A DNA stretch of 64,000 nucleotides from Eledone cirrhosa (Eukaryota), in contig OZ024740.1 in NCBI GenBank assembly GCA_964016885.1, positions 206,460,001 through 206,524,000 on the forward strand, given 5' to 3'. The notes beneath the pieces are model-generated. The model worked only from the letters and a program-made list of their open reading frames with translations, had not been told where the DNA came from and did not search any database. Both the position numbers and the translations under genes were made by a program. Shown one piece after another: positions 24,129 to 35,929 of the stretch; position 1 is the stretch's first letter; every line of letters begins with the position of its first letter.

Positions 24129-24167
<39 letters not shown>

Positions 24168-24342
24168 CGAGAAAAGGTGAAATTGGAAATAGCATAGAAA
24201 ATATATTAAAGGATGTTTTTTTTTTCCCTCTCTTTTATTCGTCAAAGTGACATTGTTGAAAAAATGAGAGGGACAATTCTTTTAAAAGAAAGTATTACCG
24301 GTTTCGATCTATTAGTAAAATCTATCTAATCAAATGTTGAGT

Positions 24343-24662
24343 CATTTCATAATCATCTTCATTTCATTTTACGTCCGCTTTTTCCCTGCTTGCAAGGGTG
24401 GGACGGGAACTGATTCTGGCTTGATTTCTACAGCTGGATGCCCTTCCTAACACCAACATCATTTACAGTGAGTGCTGGGTGCTTTTCAGTCGAATGATAG
24501 GCACCCTAGTCCCTATCATCTCCTTTCTACAGCTGAGTAAACTGGAGCAATGTGAAATAAAGTGTCTTGCTCAAGGAAACCACACATCACCCGGTCTGAG
24601 AATTGAACTCACAACCTTTCAATTGCAAGGCTAATGCTCTAACCACTAAGCCATGTGCCTCC
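24343..24662 (-). mobile_element. tRNA-derived SINE with RTE-derived 3' tail, flanked by TTGAGT target-site duplication
   Basis: Head GGAGGCACATGGCTTAGTGG (A box) and GAGTTCAATTC (B box). Tail aaaagcacccagcactcactgtaaatg...ggaagggcatccagctgtagaaa...ggacgtaaaatga. TTGAGT at 24337-24342 and 24663-24668. Confidence 0.85.
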
Positions 24663-25139
24663 TTGAGTATTACAATTATAAAGAATTAATAAGAATTAAG
24701 AATTAAGAATTAAAAATTAAAGATTTAAAATTAAGTGTTGAGGCAAGTTTTTTTCATCTTCCTTGTTGAGAAGGAGACTGGAAAAATGGAATCTTCTGTA
24801 TAGAGAGAGAGGTAGTCATGGTAGCAGCAGCAGCAGTGGTGGTAGTTGTGTTTTTTCACCCAGAACAAAATTGTTTTAGGGAGAGGGAGATATTCTGTAA
24901 ATATGTGTGTGTATCTTAATTGTGTTAATGGACTGGTCAAGAGTTAGATGGGAGTGGCGAGGAGGGGAAATGTAAGCTAGAGACAAATTCTATTGGCAAC
25001 AGTAGGGTTGTAAAATAAATTCTATTTTTGGAATATGATTTTAGAGAGTATGAGTGTGTATGTGTGAGAGTGTATATATAAAAATACACACGTGTGTGCG
25101 CGTCTGTTTATGTGGAGAAGATTGGTGTGTGTGTGTATG

Positions 25140-25573
25140 AGCTTCAGCCTGTCAACATAGATCTCTGGCGTTACACAGTGATACAGAAGACCCAACTCCC
25201 CATAGGCACAGGCCAAAGCAGAAGCATATATACAGTATACACCACCCCACCCTCCCATTCATCTCCCACGAGGGCAGTACGAAGTATGCATCTAGTGAAG
25301 CCCCCAGCCTGCACTATAAAGTGGTTGTGTAGGTGTCACAACAAAAAGCAACCAGCCCGTACTGTAAAGTGGTCGTGTTGGTGACACGACAAAAGCACCC
25401 AGTACTCACTGTAAATGAGGTTGGTGTTAGGAAGGTCATCCAGCTGTAGAAACCAAACCAAAATCAGTTCTGTATATACAAGACATGGTTACCTGACCTA
25501 ACATTGCCCACAACAGGATAACTCGTCTAACCCATGCTATTGTGGAAAAATTGATGTAAAACGGCGACGATGA
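25140..25573 (+). mobile_element. RTE LINE 3' end with ~2.5 copies of the 48-bp unit
   Basis: DLWRYTVIQKTQL C-terminus, units at 25300-25420, and a GAT tail. Confidence 0.8.
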
Positions 25574-25849
25574 TATATATATATATATATATGAAAAGGG
25601 AAATAAGGTTCTATACAAAACAGTGGTTATAGAGAAAAGGTGAAATTGAAAATAGCACGGAAAATATATTTAAGGATCTGTTTTTCTTTTTTTTTCCTTT
25701 CTTTGATTCATCTAAGTGACATTATTGAAAAAAAGAGGGACAATTCTTTTTAAAAAGAGTTTTATAATGTATATAAAGTACATAAAGTATAACCGGTTTT
25801 GATGTATTAGTAAAATCCAGCTAATCAAATGTTGTGTATTACAATTAAA

Positions 25850-26413
25850 CCGAAATGTTCGACTACCTACACAAAAACCTCCCCATTCTATTTAAAGATG
25901 AAAAAATGAAAAATATCCTAGAAACACACAAGATCATTAAAAGTAAAAGGCAACCCAAATCACTAAAACACATTCTCACTAGAACAAATATACACAAACC
26001 AATCTCCAGCCTTACGGTAACAAAATGCAGAAGAGCAAACTGAAACATGCGTATACTTAATTGAAGGACAAAAATTCACATTTAAAGATGGCCAAATTTT
26101 CACAGTGAAAAAGTTCACTTGCAACTCAGAGAAACTGATCTACCTAATCACATGTGGTGGGTGTCGACATAACTACATAGGACAGACAGGTGTGCCATTA
26201 CGCAGAAGAATGACCATCCATTGCCAACAAATCCGAGATATAAACACAAGAAAAATCCTCTTAAGTTGACACATTGCAGTTTGTGCAGGAATGACCCTAC
26301 CCAACTTTAAAATCTTCCCCCTTTACAAGTACCCCAATTCTTTCACTCAACAACAAAGAATAAATAAAGAAAAACTATTTATTAAAAGATTTAAACCAAA
26401 ATTAAATATGTAA
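25850..26413 (+). pseudogene. Penelope-like element linker and GIY-YIG endonuclease fragment
   Basis: KRQPKSLKHILT...KCRRAN/..C...FTCNSEKLIYLITCGGCRHNYIGQTGVPLRRRMTIH...H...KEKLFIKRFKPKLNM*, with one frameshift and one internal stop. Confidence 0.85.
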
Positions 26414-26601
26414 TCACCCCCATTAGATTCTCTCTCTCTCTCTCTCCCACACATACACACAGACACACACACACACCAAGAAAGAAATTGCTCATACACA
26501 TATTTTCCAAAAATTCCTGATTGAAAGCCACCACTGATGCTTTGCTCTGTTTTTTTTTTTATTTCCCACCACAATGGGATCTGTGACAGACAGACTATAT
26601 A

Positions 26602-26940
26602 TCATCATCATCATTCATTTTACGTCCGCTTTTCCCTGCTTGCAAGGGTGGGACGGGAACTGATGCTGGCTTGATTTCTACAGCTGGATGCCCTTCCTAA
26701 CACCAACCTCATTTACAGTGAGTGCTGGGTGCTTTTTTGTCGTGGCACCTCCACGACCACTTTGCAGTGGAATGATAGGGACCCCAGTCCCTACCATCTC
26801 ATTTCTACAGCTGAGTAAACTGGAGCAATGTGAAATAAAGTGTCTTGCTCAAGGAAACAACACATCACCTGGTCTGAGAATTGAACTCACAACCTTTCGA
26901 TTGCAAGACCAATGCTCTAACCACTAAGCCATGTGCCTCC
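26602..26940 (-). mobile_element. tRNA-derived SINE with RTE-derived tail (second copy)
   Basis: Close match to 24343-24662, with a longer stretch (~1.3 units) of the 48-bp repeat. Confidence 0.85.
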
Positions 26941-27132
26941 ATACTAAGCCATGTAGCTATATATATATATATTTTTTAACCATTGGTCAAACAATGATAA
27001 ACATTGATTGCCAGCTAAATTAACTATAGAGATACAAAATATACAGAAGCGAAAACCAATCCAAACCAAACAGTGAGTGTGTTTTATTATTATTTGGGAC
27101 AATATTATAACAAAATGACCCTCCCCAAATAT

Positions 27133-27209
<77 letters not shown>

Positions 27210-27913
27210 GTATCTCAGCATGGCCACAGTCTACTGGGTGAAACAAGTAAAAGAATATATATATATATATAAATGACTTTTTAATTGTGCCATAGATAAG
27301 GCAATCTCCCTAATGTTTGTGCCACAATAAAATGCACTCGATAGAGTGTAGGTTTGTATGTCAGGCTCCGGTCTTTTGGAGCAATCAGTAGAGTGTGGGA
27401 ATGTATGTAAGTGGGATGCATCAATAGAGTATTGAAACATATGTAAGCAGGATGCATGTCCCTGGCTCATCTGGAGGTTGGTGGTGGCTCTCTGAGTATT
27501 GATCAGTTTGTAGCGACATACCCAACCAGTGTTCACAGGGAAAATTGATGCTAAACGATCATGATATATGAATATCTATATATATATAATTGTTCAATTG
27601 TTTGACTCCAATACATTTAAAAACCAGTTCACTAATCATGTTCAAACTTAGCATGTAAGTCCCTTAGACTCAAGAATAGGTTTTCCTCACACTTGGATCT
27701 ATATTCATTTGTTTATATGTTTGTTTGAGTTTGGAAAAATAACATTGATAGTCATGGAGAAAAAGAAACAGATAAAGAAAGTGAAGAAAGTGAGTGATAC
27801 ATATTCAAACATTCCTCCATCTCTTCTGCATTCAACATATTAGCCATGCTCTCCTATATCAGCAACAGCACATGTGGTCATACATTCTTTATTTCTCTTC
27901 TGTATGGTCATAT

Positions 27914-29631
27914 CATCATCATCATCGTTTAACGTCCATATTCCACGCTTGCATGGGTTTGGACGGGGGTTTTCCCACTTGAGGCAAGAGTGGTTGTCTT
28001 GCTCGCATAGGACTGTCTGGCAGGTTTTCTACAGCTGGATGCCCTTCCTAACACCAACCACATTTACAGTGTGGGGCTGGGAGGTTTTTACCATGTTGCC
28101 TACACGGCCACATTACAGCGTGGACTGTGTGTTTTTTGTCGTGACACCTACACGATCTCATTTGTTTCGGACTGGATGTTGTGGCACCAACATAACTTTG
28201 CGTTGAAGGGGGCGGTGTGGATGGGGTGGTGGTGGTGGGACGGGGGTGTATTTTGTTAGAGATGCCTACTGACTGTAGTAGGTTTTACTTTGTATTTAGG
28301 TAAGGCGGGTCTTCTCTGTTACTGAGTACCGCCAAAGGTCTCGGTCCAGTGACATTGTCTTGGAGAGGTGTAAGTGTGTGAGGTCGGAATTTATCAGCTC
28401 GTCCCAGGTTTTCCTGGGTCTGCCTACTCCGTGGCTACCATCTATCTTTATTGCCCTGCACTTTGTTATACAGCTGTCGTCTTTCATGCGCATCACGTGA
28501 CCATACCAATGTAGCCTTCTCTCGAGTAAACAACATCTGATCCCTCTTATTTCTAATTTTTTCCTTAGTTCGTTTATGCTTTGCCGTTCACGTATATTAC
28601 TATTGCACATCCAGCGGAGCATGCAAGCTTCGTTCCTCTCTAGTCTGTGTATATCCTCTGCATACAATGCCCAGGTCTCACTACCATGCAACATTGCTGT
28701 TCGTATGCAGGCATCATACAACCTGCCTTTCATTTTTAGGGAGAACCCTTTAGCGGCTAATAGTGGTATAAGCTCTCTGAACTTTTTCCATCCAGTTCTG
28801 ACTCTAGCTACTGTACTTTCAGAGCACCCTCCCCCACTGCTGATTTTGTCACCCAGGTAACGGAAGCTGTCCACTATTTCTATAGAACCCTCTACGCAAT
28901 TGAAAGAGCTAGTATTTTTGGGCACTTGCTGCTACTTATTGCACCAGAGCACCGGCCACATGTAAAATCTGTGTTCTTAGTTAGCTTACCTGTGATCCCA
29001 CTACATCTTTTATGCACCCATACTTTGCATTTGGGACATAAAATGGAGTTTCTACCTACGCCTTTTTTTCACACTGAGCATGGCCATTTCCCGGAGGGGA
29101 CCGGCGCCTTATTTTCTTTCCTACAAACTAGAACTTTAGTCTTAGCCAGGTTAATTTTAAGGCCTTTTGATTCTAGGCCGTGCTTCCATGTTTGGAATTT
29201 CTTCTCTAGCTCGGCCATTGATTCAGCTATGAGCGTTAGATCATCTGCGTATAGGAGTTCCCATGGGCAGCCGGTCTTGAACTCCTCTGTTATAGCCTGA
29301 AGGGCAATAATAAATAGTAGGGGGCTAAGAACAGAGCCCTGATGGACACCAACTTTTACGCTAAACTCTTCACTATATTCGTTGTTAATTCTAACCTTGC
29401 TGACTGTTTCTTTATACATGGCTTGTATGGCTCTCACAAGCCATTCGTCAACACCTAGTTTTCTAAGAGCCCACCAGATAATGGAACGGGGGACTCTGTC
29501 GAAGGCTTTCTCCAAGTCGACAAAAGCTAAGTATAGGGGTTTACTTTTAGCTAGGTACTTCTCCTGTAGTTGTCGTACAATGAAAAGAGCATCTGTGGTA
29601 CTTTTGCCTGACACAAACCCGAACTGCATTT
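27914..29631 (-). mobile_element. RTE LINE, 5'-truncated at the QFGF motif
   Basis: ORFs 29069-29629 and 28296-28925 are nearly identical in protein to the 13947-16340 ORF; premature stop in the PHD-like finger. Confidence 0.95.
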
Positions 29632-29716
29632 CATATGTACTTCACATTTAGCCCATATATATATATATATATATATATGGATTGAGAGGGACAAGGCTGC
29701 ATTGTTACTGATAACG

Positions 29717-30656
29717 AGTGTTAGAAAGTTAAGGGAACACAAACAAGAGATAGGCATTTTCCCATCATCCGTTGTCTACTATGGTTCATTGATGTTTCAG
29801 CGCGTTATAGACAATACATCTATCTGTAGCACACCCATAACTTATTATCAACAAGTTATGAGGGAAAGAAAAGACGAAAAAGAGGCGATAGCAAAAAGAG
29901 AGAAAGAAAGAAAAAAAAAAAGCATACTGATACAAGGGGGAAACACAGGACAATGGCACATGGAAGTAAGTAATCAAGGGGAGAGAGAGGATAAAGTTAA
30001 AAAATAGGCAGTTAAGTTAAAGCCCAGGGGCCTTATTAACAGCGAGAGAGTTAAGATGAACATGTCTATTCTCAGTGAGAATGGCGTAAAGAGAGAGAAA
30101 GAGAGAGAGACGAAGGAAACAGAAGTGTAACCTCTGCTCCATCCTCTCTATCGATCTCGTTTGTTTTTGTTATTCCTGGTCAGACTTATGTCTTACCACT
30201 TTTTTGGATTAACTCTTTCCTTCCTCCTCCCTTTCTCTCTCTGTTCCCCCTTACCACTTCCGTTTCCTTTGTCCCTCTCTCTCGTTACACCGTTCTCACA
30301 GAGAAAAGACATGTTCATCTTTGCTCTCTCACCCTTAATTAAGCCCCTGGGCTTTAACCTAACTGCCTTTTTTTAAAACTTCGTTCTCTCTCTCCTCTTG
30401 ATTACTTACTTCCATGTGCCATTGTCCTGTGTTTCCCCCTTCTATCAGTATGCTTTTTTTTTTCTTTCTTTCACTCTCTTCGCTATCGCCTCTTTTTCGT
30501 CTTTTCTTTCCCTCATAACTTGTTGATAATAAGTTATGGGCGTGCTACGGATAGATGCATTGTCTATAATGCGCTGAAACATCCGTGACCCATAGAAGAC
30601 AACTGATGAAGGGAAATGTCTATCTCTTGTTTGTGTTCCCATAACTTTCTAACACT
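29717..30656. repeat. Imperfect inverted repeat, ~410-bp arms, ~120-bp spacer
   Basis: Arms ~29717-30130 and ~30251-30656. The ORF track shows the same pseudo-peptide (TPITYYQQVMRERKDEKEAIAKR) on both strands. Confidence 0.9.
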
Positions 30657-30679
30657 ATATAAATAAATATATATATATA

Positions 30680-32659
30680 TCTTCCTCATATCTTTCCTGT
30701 CTGTGTATATATGCCACATCTTCCAATATAGCTCCAAAAACAAAATATGGAGTTAAGCAATTAAGTTAATGAATGAACAAGGAGTGAAAGAAACAGAGAT
30801 AGAGAAAGTGAGCAACACACATTTTGATTTATGGAAACTACTAAAAATAACATTTGTGAAATCTGTAATTTTTTTGCATATTCATTTCCGTTATTTTTTG
30901 ATTTTTGTTTCTGAAAGATAACTGAAATGTAATGCAGTGACTCTTTATTCATTATTCAATGAAAATTTGACTTGACTTAGATCCATCATTAACAGAAAAA
31001 TTTTAGATTTTTAGATAAATAATACTGACTTTGGAAGGTGCAATAAAAAAAATGCCATTGAAGACCTTCATTTGGAAGACAGTCTCATAAAGCTATGACA
31101 AAGCAGCTACAAAGGGAGAATGAAATTGAAGAGATGCGACAAGAAAGACTTCAAAGCCTCAAAAAATAAAAAATAAAAAACCCAGCAAAATAAATCAGAA
31201 AAACAAAGATCAAAAAGTCTTGCTGATGATAAGTACAAGAAAGCAACTATTTCCCAAGAAGAATCAGATGTACAAAAATCATCAAGATAGCAAATGGAGA
31301 GAAATAGAGCAGCTCAAAGGTGGCATGAAGAAACTGAAGCTCAAACAACTCAAAGGCTATGTGAACAGAGACCAAGAACAGAAAATTAACGATTTATGAT
31401 TTTAAATGTCTCAGAACCTTTAATTCAAATTTCCTCAATTTGTCCAAATTGTGATGAAAGATGGAATGGTGAGTCAACTGGATTGTACTGTTCTAATGAA
31501 AAGACCAAGTTGAAACTATTAACCGAACCACTAGAACTCTTGAGGGGACTGCTGAATTTGGTACAACTACTGAATCAAGTCACTTTCTTCAAAATATCCA
31601 GATGTACAATAATGCATTCCAAATGACATCCATGAAGGTGGCTTTATGGCCACTTTCAAGATCCAAGAGCAAGTTAAACATAGAATTGGACCACTTCAGA
31701 AGAACCAAAATATTTATAACTGTATTTCACCAGTGATATGAAAAACCAAGCACAGACAAGATATGAAAGGAATAAAGAAACCAAAGGAATAATGAAATCA
31801 TATTGCAACTACAAGATATGAGAAACAGATATATTAGAAGTTTCAAATATGCCCAAGAAAATGAACCTGTAGAAGAACTCAAGGTACTAATAAATGCTGA
31901 CAAGAAACTATCAGAACATTCACGCCGCTACAATGTACCTGAAAGTAATGGAGTTGTTATTGTGATATCTGAAGAGCATAGTAAACAGGACATAATCCTT
32001 TATGGGAGAGATAATCAATTACAGAGAATAAATGAAACCCATCACTCTTATGATGCTCTCCAATATCCTTTAATTTATGTGAATGGAGAATATGGAAACC
32101 ATTTTAAAATCCCTCAGAAAGATGAAAATGATAACACCAGGAAGACAGTCTCATGTATGGACTTTTACTCCCACCATTTTAGGGTTCATCAAGAAAATTT
32201 CAATTCACTCCACTGAATGCAAAATTTGTCCCATCAATTTGCTGTGGACATGTATGCAAAGGTTAAGGCAGAAAAATTAGCATTCATAAGATCCCTCGAG
32301 AAAGAATTACAAAGGTTTATCCATGATGTACATGGATGATGATCAATAGGTGAAGTGGATGGAAGCCACTGTAGAGGTAGACCAAGAAAGACCTGGGCAG
32401 AGGTGGTGAGAGCTGATTTCAAATCACTGAGACACACAGAAGAGATGACAAAGGGATGTAATGAGTGGAGAGATGCTGTGCTGGAAAGGACAAGTCCATG
32501 AAGTGTGGAAAAGTAGACGCAAAAATGATGATTATGATGATCTTACAGAATTTGTCATGTCGGTAATGTTAGAATGACTAATGACAATAAGTATTGAGAA
32601 AATATATCAAAGTTTGAATGAAATTTCATTATTTTCTTCAACTCGGGTATTTTTGCTAG
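30680..32659 (+). mobile_element. Internally deleted Helitron (RepHel N-terminal remnant)
   Basis: Zinc-ribbon-like CPNC...YCSN, FLQNIQMYNNAFQMTS, HSRRYNVP...DII...LQRINETHHSYDALQYPL, and QFAVDMYAKV (Helitron Rep N-terminus). The 3' end caactcgggtatttttgCTAG|T is at 32656-32660. A possible A|TC start lies near 30680. Confidence 0.8.
32320..32541 (+). mobile_element. Old RTE 3' end nested in the Helitron
   Basis: EVDGSHCRGRPRKTWAEVVRADFKSLRHTEEMTKGCNEWRDAVLERT followed by gtggaaaagtagacgcaaaaatgatgat tail. Confidence 0.75.
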
Positions 32660-32724
32660 TATTATATATATATACATATATACACATACGCAAGCAGGGA
32701 AAAGCGGACGTAAGATGATGATGA

Positions 32725-32774
<50 letters not shown>

Positions 32775-35700
32775 GGGGGGGGGAGGTTTGAAGTTGGCAA
32801 ACAAAACTTCTCTAGTAGTAGCAAAATATTAAGTCAGTTATCCCGTTGATGGATATCGCCGGCTGCGGCAGTATGTGCAACCTCTTATGGAGACAGAATT
32901 GTTAGTTGTGGCCCCCTAGGATAGCAAGGCAATACTCTGTTCAGGATGTTTCATTTAATGTTGGGGATGTTGTGCCCTTGGTCACAGAGCCTCTGGAAGA
33001 AAGGAGACAGACATGAGGAAATTCCTCTATTCCTGTATCTAAATGAGTGTGCATCATCATCATCGCTTTTATGTCCATTTTTCCATGCTCGCACGGGTTC
33101 AACACACTGACACCTCCATTCAAAAGTAGAAACAATAATTATTTACAAATATAATCACATTTGTATTTATGTTTAGTCCAGGCAACTTTATCTTACGAAT
33201 CAAAGTGCGCTTAGAAAACAATTGAAACTTAAGAACATAATTTAAACAGTTGACAATACGAAGCAGTATATATTCGACTGGACTAATCAGTATAAATAGC
33301 ATGATCACAGAAGTTCAATCATTTGGTGATAATTACATATAGCGGTTGATATGTTAGCTAAGAGCGGCTGTAGAGGAAAGAATCTTATGGATATGCGTCA
33401 TTATAGCTATCATACGAGTAAAGGACAATAAAAAACTACTATTGTTAGTATATGTGAAGAATTGTTGGTGTATACTATATGTAATACGACTGGGTGCGTG
33501 TTTGGTGCGAACTGGGATACTTTTGGTTTTGTTGAATTGCATTCCAGTTTTTTAAAAGCCTGTTTCAAGATGTAAATTATAGAAACATTTTTGTGTCTTT
33601 TTCTTGCTAAATAGAAGTCATAAAATATATATTAAAATTATTTCTAATAAACTGGATTTTATAAAGAAAACAAAATGAAGAAAAAAATAAGGAACCAACT
33701 GAATTTCGTTTCGGTTGTTAAATTTTCGAGTTATATTTTTTTAGTAACTTTCGATTGGTCACATGACTCGACAAAATGGTAGGTAGTGTTGTTTGTGTTA
33801 GAAAGAGCCTGTTTTTTTCAACACATTCATTTCACTACTTTGTTCCCGGTTTACTCTACTGTAGCAGAGACATGATTAGCCGAAAATGAGTGCCATAAAG
33901 GTTAAGGTAATTTACTCATGTCTTTATGATGCAGTTTATCACAGGGTTACTTTGACTACATTTACCCGTCGGGACACCCACTTTGGGTGAATTTGTGTGT
34001 GTGCGTGTGTGAATGTTTAATCAGCGAAGTCACGGGACTACCGAGTCGAATGATTTTCATTTCTTTATTAGAATTCAAGAAAACATTTAATCAAACACTC
34101 GCTTTTCAACTCCACTAGAAAATCCCATTCGAAATTTCTATGGCAACATCACTAAGACAAAATCTCGCCTGTTGTAATGGTTGTGTTGGTGGTTCACTTA
34201 CCTGCTTCTGTAACTGAGTTTAATTAAATTTCGTCACCTCACCTCGTGTCATGGAATTCCTAAATAATTACAAATATTGCGATCAATCTGTTTGGCAAAA
34301 AATATTTAGTAGAAAGGACAATTAATGACATATCTTCTACATCAATAAGACCATCTAACATATTCATTGCTATAAATTATAAATGAAGAAATTTCTCAAA
34401 TTCTGTACTAATTAATATATTAATTGCTAGCTTTTTAATTAGACTAATGTTCTCGAAACTCTTATATCGCTATTCTCACCATTTCTTCCAATTTCCTTGA
34501 AAATTTTTTCTAATGTATGTATAAATACAATATTCCCCCCTCTCTTTCTCTTTATATTAGTGGTAGTGTCTGAAGCATGGTTTTAGATTTGGTAATTAAT
34601 AAAACTTATTTCCTCATTTATCTTCAATTTACCATACATAGAATGCTTTCAACTAGTTATTTATTCTTAGTTTAAGTATGAAATGTAAACCTTTATTTCC
34701 TTGTAATGTTTCCTCTGAAGCTGTATGTATTTAATATATGTAATTCAAATATCGTATTACATACACGTGTGTCTTATGCAATTTTCTAATTATATGTTCT
34801 CGATTTATTATCACTATCAATCCTTTATTGCTTTAAATTCTCATTTAGTATGTTTCCTCTATTTATCAAAGCTACAGTTGTAAGGTATTAGACATCTGTA
34901 ACATTTGGAAACAGTATTTAGTTAATAGGTGAATAGAGGTTGTTGATATCTGGTCATTTGAGGAATGGCTGGGTTTTGGCATAGAGAAACGGCATGGTTC
35001 ATCGTCGTTATTAGATGACCTCCTGAGACCTAGAGACAGACAGTACCGAACATTAGCCCCCCCCCCCCTCAGTCCGTCTGTTCAGTAGAGACTTCACACA
35101 CACCTGGAATTAAATTAGCATCTGCTATTGGCGTAACATCTCGGGTAGAGTGTGAAGAGAACAGATTTTGTCATAGCAAATATTTCCACAATTGAATAAC
35201 ACGACTCCACTAGTGTTGAATAATTCATCTTCTTCGGATTTTAATTGTTAGATGTGTGTGTGCATGGAAATGTCCCCGCCCAGTTTCCGAATCGTAGTAA
35301 TGGCTGACTAGGAATTGGTATTCATATTTATGTGTGTGTGTTTATATATAAGTTTATGTATGTTTATACACACACTCACACATATATATTTGCCTGTGTG
35401 TTGTTGAAAACACGACTGCTTTCCAGTTTCAATATCTTTGTTAGAATCTTATATTTTCTAAATAAGGCATCTACAGTTCCTAAATCTATAATTTTGTCAC
35501 TGTTTCCAGCCCCTCTTGGTTCCGACTTCAGGGATGTTGTTCTTACCAGGTTTTGAATTTTATACTTGACCATGAGGGTCTCGAAACGTCGACAAAATTA
35601 AGGATATTTTGAAGTTTTTTTTAGATAATATGAACAGATTCTGATAAAGATATTAAAACTGGAAGGTAGTTGTCTTCACCAGCACATGTAAATGTATATA

Positions 35701-35836
35701 TATATAGTTTGTATATATATATATATATATATAAATATACATATATATATATATATATACACGCACACACTCATACACACACACACACACATATATATAG
35801 TTATATCTGTATACAGAGTGGATATATGTGTGTGTG

Positions 35837-35867
<31 letters not shown>

Positions 35868-35929
35868 ATATCTATATATATATATATTATATATTATAAC
35901 CTAAAGCAGATAGGACACCTTGATTCTGT

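Noticed and set aside
24570-24662. tRNA gene
   Set aside because: The A/B boxes belong to SINE heads that continue into SINE body and tail; no complete cloverleaf was seen.
34200-34900. Possible ancient Penelope RT remnant on the minus strand (SMYGKLKINE, RYVIN)
   Set aside because: Too degenerate in AT-rich sequence to distinguish from chance.
35565-35592. Hammerhead-like GACC-atgag-GGTC..GAAACGTC
   Set aside because: No CUGANGA core upstream.
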